From: a virus
Lineage: Duplodnaviria > Caudoviricetes
IMG/VR virus record: IMGVR_UViG_3300010052_000182
Location: 1-29,349 of that record
Length of the DNA stretch: 29,349 nucleotides
Direction: 5' to 3' (one strand)
Position numbers and translations under genes: made by a program. The notes under the pieces are model-generated. The model was not told the DNA's origin. It did no database searches and was given only the letters and a program-made list of their open reading frames with translations. Of this stretch, positions 25,637 to 29,349 are shown one piece after another; positions within the stretch are counted from its first letter, which is position 1; each line of letters starts with the position of its first letter.

Positions 25637-27916
25637 TTACCAGATCAGCTCGAGCGCCTCGGCCAGATCACCCAGGTGATTGCCCTGCTGGAATCGAGCG
25701 AGGGCACTCTGGCGTCCTGCCTGGCCGAGCCGATTGGCGAGCAATCGGTCTCGCACCAGAATTTCCACCTGCCGCTGCAGCACGGCCTGCCCGTCCTCCC
25801 CCGTCGGGTATTGATAACCGGTGACCCCGTCGACAATGATTTCCGCAGTGCCGCCAGCCGAGGTGCCCAGCACCGGGAGCCCGAAGGCCATGGCCTCTGT
25901 CGTCACGCGGCCAAAGGTTTCCCCTCTGCCTTTTGTCGCTCCCTGCGAGTTCATGATGAAAGCGTCGCTGGCGAGGTAAAACGAAGCAAATGCCGACTGC
26001 CGCAGGTAGGTTCTGGCTGGCGACAGGACGGCTTTCTCGTCCGAGGTCAGGTCCTTGAGAAGTGCCGCGCGGTCGGAGCGGTTCAGGCCCACAAGCAGCA
26101 GCTTGATCGGAAGCCCGCTCTCCGCTGCCAGCCTCGCAATCGTCCGGATGAGCATCCGTTGCCCTTTCCCGGGCTCCAAGCTACCCAGGGAGAGCAGAAG
26201 AAAATCATCCTTCGACACGCCAAGTCGTCGGCGGATGTCGTCACGCGCGAGTTCCACCGGACGTTGCGTACGGGTCTGCGGCTTCATCGGAAAGGGCAGC
26301 GATGCGCGGCTTGCCGTCTCCACGAAGTCATCGCTCAGCGGCGGGTGCATGACGCGAACCTTTGGCGGCAACGCTACGGCTTCCTGCCAGGCGGCACGCG
26401 CCGCGTTGCTGTCGAAAATCGCAAGCGCCGCCAGCTGAAGCAGATCGGCCGCCTGCTTGAAATTCTCGATGTCGATTTCATGCACCCACCAGACCAGGCG
26501 CTGCGCCAGAAATGGATTTGCAGCGAGGCACTTACGCACCCAGGCTGCGGTTGGATCGCTCGCTGTATTGGCGATAATGGCGTCGGAAGCCGCCGCGACG
26601 GCGATGGCGCTTTCGATCGGGATCAGGGGTATGCCGAACTGGGACGCCAGGTTCCAGCCCCTCACGTCATCTGATGCGGTCGCGAGGCGGACGGTGGCGC
26701 CGCTCTCCATGAGGGCCTGAGCCGTTTCCAGCAGCAGGAGCGGCGCTCCGCTGCGGGACAGATCATGCGAAACCAGCAGTATCTTCCTGCCGGCGAAACC
26801 GGCGCCTTCACGCACCCGCGCCGCTGGTGAGGCCGGCAGAGTCGTCGTCAACATTTCGCGGGTGATTTCACCCGGCCGGTCGCCGTCCGGCAGGGCGCCG
26901 CGTTGACCAGCGACGACGAACAGCCGATCGCCGAGCCGGCCGACGACCGGAATCTTGAGCTTGTGCGGCAGGTAGCCGAACATTGACCAGCGATCCGCCA
27001 GCGGATCGTAGGCTTGTATTGCGTCGGTCAGCCTCAGGTAAAATTGCTCCGGGTCTTTATAGACCTGCCCGCCGATCAACAGAATCCGGCCATCGACGAC
27101 TATGGTCGAGAAGTCGGCATGGGATACTGCGATGGGAAGGTCTGCAACTCTGGTCCACGGGCCCGAAGGATCGGACAGGCGGAAGGCGGAGGACAGATAG
27201 GTCTCCGGCGTGCGCCCCGTACAGGTGCAGTCCGGATCGCCTGGAATCGCCTGGAAATCGCCCTGCTGGCCGCCGAACACGTAGAGACTGTCGCCCAGCA
27301 CAGCGCTCGATCCGTGCATTCCGGCAACAGGGATCGGCTGCTCGGCCCGCCAGCCCGCCTCATCAGTTCGCCCGCCCGACACGGCAAGGCTCCAATGGTC
27401 GGCCCTTGCTGTCCAGCGGTCCTCGTCTGCACCTCCGACGAGGTGCAAGCGTCCGCGCCAGTACTGCATTGCAGCAGCGTATCGAGAGGCCGGAACTGGC
27501 GGCAACTCGTGCCACCGATTTTCGCGGGTATCATACGAAAAGACACTCGGAACCGCTGGCCGGCATTGGGGCCCGAGCTGTCCAGACGCGAAGTAGATGT
27601 AGCGATGCCCGTCGGAAGCGACCGCACAGTGAGAATGCGCCAGCCCTGAAGGCGTCGCTATGCGGCCAACCCAGCGTTCCCTCTGCATATCGAACACGAA
27701 GATCGCTTCGTTCGCCGCGTTCGGGGATTTGTAGCCGCATGCAACGTAAAGCAAATTGCCGATCTGAGCACCGCCGGCATCCAACAGCGGTTCGGGGCAC
27801 GGCGCGCCATTTTTCCATTCCAGCCCATCCCGCAGCGCCCTTCGCCTGAGCCACCAGGCTTCAGCTCGGCGCGCCCAATGCTCAGGCTTCTTCAGCCACG
27901 CGGAGACCCGGGCCAT
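25637..27916 (-). CDS. Kelch-repeat beta-propeller fused to a GT4 (GT-B) glycosyltransferase
   Basis: AGAGGA RBS before ATG 27916. About six Kelch repeats (LHLVGG, LYVFGG, ILLIGG, YDP..D.W), then ILLVSHDLSRSGAP, WWVHE, KGQ and ETFGRVTTEAMAFGLPVLGT..GGTAEII.DG.TG. Confidence 0.85.
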   Translation of the reverse strand: MARVSAWLKKPEHWARRAEAWWLRRRALRDGLEWKNGAPCPEPLLDAGGAQIGNLLYVACGYKSPNAANEAIFVFDMQRERWVGRIATPSGLAHSHCAVASDGHRYIYFASGQLGPQCRPAVPSVFSYDTRENRWHELPPVPASRYAAAMQYWRGRLHLVGGADEDRWTARADHWSLAVSGGRTDEAGWRAEQPIPVAGMHGSSAVLGDSLYVFGGQQGDFQAIPGDPDCTCTGRTPETYLSSAFRLSDPSGPWTRVADLPIAVSHADFSTIVVDGRILLIGGQVYKDPEQFYLRLTDAIQAYDPLADRWSMFGYLPHKLKIPVVGRLGDRLFVVAGQRGALPDGDRPGEITREMLTTTLPASPAARVREGAGFAGRKILLVSHDLSRSGAPLLLLETAQALMESGATVRLATASDDVRGWNLASQFGIPLIPIESAIAVAAASDAIIANTASDPTAAWVRKCLAANPFLAQRLVWWVHEIDIENFKQAADLLQLAALAIFDSNAARAAWQEAVALPPKVRVMHPPLSDDFVETASRASLPFPMKPQTRTQRPVELARDDIRRRLGVSKDDFLLLSLGSLEPGKGQRMLIRTIARLAAESGLPIKLLLVGLNRSDRAALLKDLTSDEKAVLSPARTYLRQSAFASFYLASDAFIMNSQGATKGRGETFGRVTTEAMAFGLPVLGTSAGGTAEIIVDGVTGYQYPTGEDGQAVLQRQVEILVRDRLLANRLGQAGRQSALARFQQGNHLGDLAEALELIW

Positions 27917-28207
27917 ACTATCCTCTGGTTGATTGCGGCTCGGCACCGCTCGGCAAACACCACAGCGCCATCAGTTCATCGACCATCGCAGGGTGCGTGC
28001 GCTCTTATCCGGCCGGTATCGCGATGTCGATCTCGATCGGCCGCGGCAGTTCGGCAGCTGGCGGCCGGCGAAACTCTCCCGGACGTCGATCACGCCGGCT
28101 GACCGCCGATCGATGCTCGCTCGCATGATCTTCACCGGTGCCGCGCCCCCCTGAACGCCCCGCAAGCTCGCGCGGTGCGAACTACCTCGTCAACATCGGA
28201 GAACCCC

Positions 28208-28942
28208 ATGAACCCCAACGTCCCCCGCGGGGCGGCGATGCTGCTCGACTTCATCGCCGGCCTCGAGACCAACCGGCCGGGCCGGGCCGGTTATGAGACC
28301 ACCATCGGCTATCGCAACGAGAAGCCCGGCGCGCTGCCCAAGCCCATCACCGAGATGACGCTCGACGAGCTGCTGGTCGAGCAGAAGCGCTGGGTCCGCA
28401 ATCTCAAGGCGCCGAGCGGCGCGGCCGGGCGCTACCAGATCATCCGGCCGACCCTCCTCAGCCTCATCGCCGAGCTGGGCGTGCCGCTCTCGGCGACGTT
28501 CACGCCCGAGCTGCAGGACCGCTTCGGCCTCGCCCTGCTGCAGCGGCGCGGCTGGAGCCAGTTCGCCGCCGCCACCTTGTCGCTGCGCGATTTCGGCAAC
28601 CGCCTGGCGCGCGAATGGGCGAGCTTTCCCGTGCTCAGCCGGCAGCAGGGCGCCCATCGCACGGTGGAACGCGGCGAAAGCTATTATGCCGGCGACGGCA
28701 TCAACGCCTCGCTGACCAAAGCCACCAACGCCGAAGCCGTGCTGGCCGAGGTGCTGACCGAGCTTTCCCGCGCGCCGGCGCCGGCCAAGCCCACGCCGGC
28801 CCCGCTCCCAACCGACCCCGCGCCCACCCCAGGACCAACCCCGCCCCGCAAGGGCTGGGGCCCGCTGGGCTGGTCCATCCTCGGGCTCGCCATCGCCGTG
28901 GGCCTGGTGGTCGCTGCCTTAACCCTCCCGCTCCCCTTCTGA
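28208..28942 (+). CDS. Endolysin (lambda R-like lysozyme fold) with Pro-rich linker and C-terminal TM helix
   Basis: LLDFIA..E, SGAAGRYQII..TL, FTPELQD, LAREWASFP, SYYAGDG.N; GGAGA RBS before ATG 28208. Confidence 0.85.
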   Translation: MNPNVPRGAAMLLDFIAGLETNRPGRAGYETTIGYRNEKPGALPKPITEMTLDELLVEQKRWVRNLKAPSGAAGRYQIIRPTLLSLIAELGVPLSATFTPELQDRFGLALLQRRGWSQFAAATLSLRDFGNRLAREWASFPVLSRQQGAHRTVERGESYYAGDGINASLTKATNAEAVLAEVLTELSRAPAPAKPTPAPLPTDPAPTPGPTPPRKGWGPLGWSILGLAIAVGLVVAALTLPLPF

Positions 28943-28953
28943 GGACACTTGAA

Positions 28954-29349
28954 ATGACCGCGTTTCTCTCTTCCGCCGCCCTCGGCTGGTTCCTGCGCCG
29001 CATCCTCGATTGGGGCGGCTGGCTCGGCGCCGCCTTGCTCGCCATGATCAACTTCTACAACGCGCTGCCGCCCGAGCTGCAGGTGGTGATCACCAAGATC
29101 GTCGCCGGCAACTGGCAGGAGATCACCCTTGGGGCCGTGCCCGGGCTCGTGGCGCTGCTCTGGAGCCAGATCCAGTCCTATCGCGCTACGGTCAGGCCTC
29201 AGGTAGTGATCGATGGCCAGCAGCTGCCGATCAACAGAATGCCGCACCGCGAAGCCACCGGCGTCGAGGAACTGAGCCGCACCGCGCTGGAGAAGCGCGG
29301 CGAGACCCTGGTCGAGAAGCTGCTGAAGCTCAAGCTGGGGAGGCCGTGA
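28954..29349 (+). CDS. Holin-like membrane protein
   Basis: Directly after the endolysin; GAGGA RBS; two hydrophobic segments and a basic C-terminus. Confidence 0.55.
   Translation: MTAFLSSAALGWFLRRILDWGGWLGAALLAMINFYNALPPELQVVITKIVAGNWQEITLGAVPGLVALLWSQIQSYRATVRPQVVIDGQQLPINRMPHREATGVEELSRTALEKRGETLVEKLLKLKLGRP

Larger units (their letters stand above)
1..29349 (+). mobile_element. Prophage (podovirus-like, P22-like gene order): packaging, head, tail and lysis region
   Basis: Collinear terminase-portal-scaffold-capsid-adaptor-hub-ejection-tail fibre-endolysin-holin genes on the + strand. No tape measure, sheath or tail tube gene recognised. No integrase or att site in the window. Confidence 0.93.

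Noticed and set aside
27933-28165. Short ORFs between the Kelch-GT4 gene and the endolysin
   Set aside because: No RBS or motif support; may be spacer or decayed sequence.

Overview
High-GC prophage late operon, probably alphaproteobacterial (Rhizobiales-like; inferred from the repeat types and protein style), of a short-tailed phage with P22-like gene order. It runs: large terminase, portal, scaffold, DUF4043/N4-gp56-type major capsid, two small head genes, head-tail adaptor, gp10-like tail hub, a gp7-like and further putative DNA-ejection proteins, tail-fibre genes, a three-gene glycosyltransferase insert, a lambda-R-type endolysin and a holin-like gene. Host-type palindromic repeats (REP-like GTCATCCC.GCGAAAGC.GGGACCCA doublets, two of which flank a GIY-YIG nuclease, plus RIME-like elements) fill the head-gene spacers. 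The most striking feature is a two-part variable locus. First, a ~5.1 kb insert (8225-13345) is bracketed by a duplicated adaptor-stop/hub-start junction. It carries an extra full ejection-type gene followed by an alternating series of + strand orphan ejection-protein C-terminal fragments and convergent - strand small membrane-protein genes or remnants. Second, the native ejection gene (16413-17972) is followed by three convergent membrane genes, and the two parts share homologous pieces. This looks like a cassette archive of ejection-protein tips with candidate cognate superinfection-exclusion genes (inference). A Kelch-GT4 fusion whose halves each resemble plant proteins is also notable. All family assignments come from motif recognition and gene order, not from database searches.
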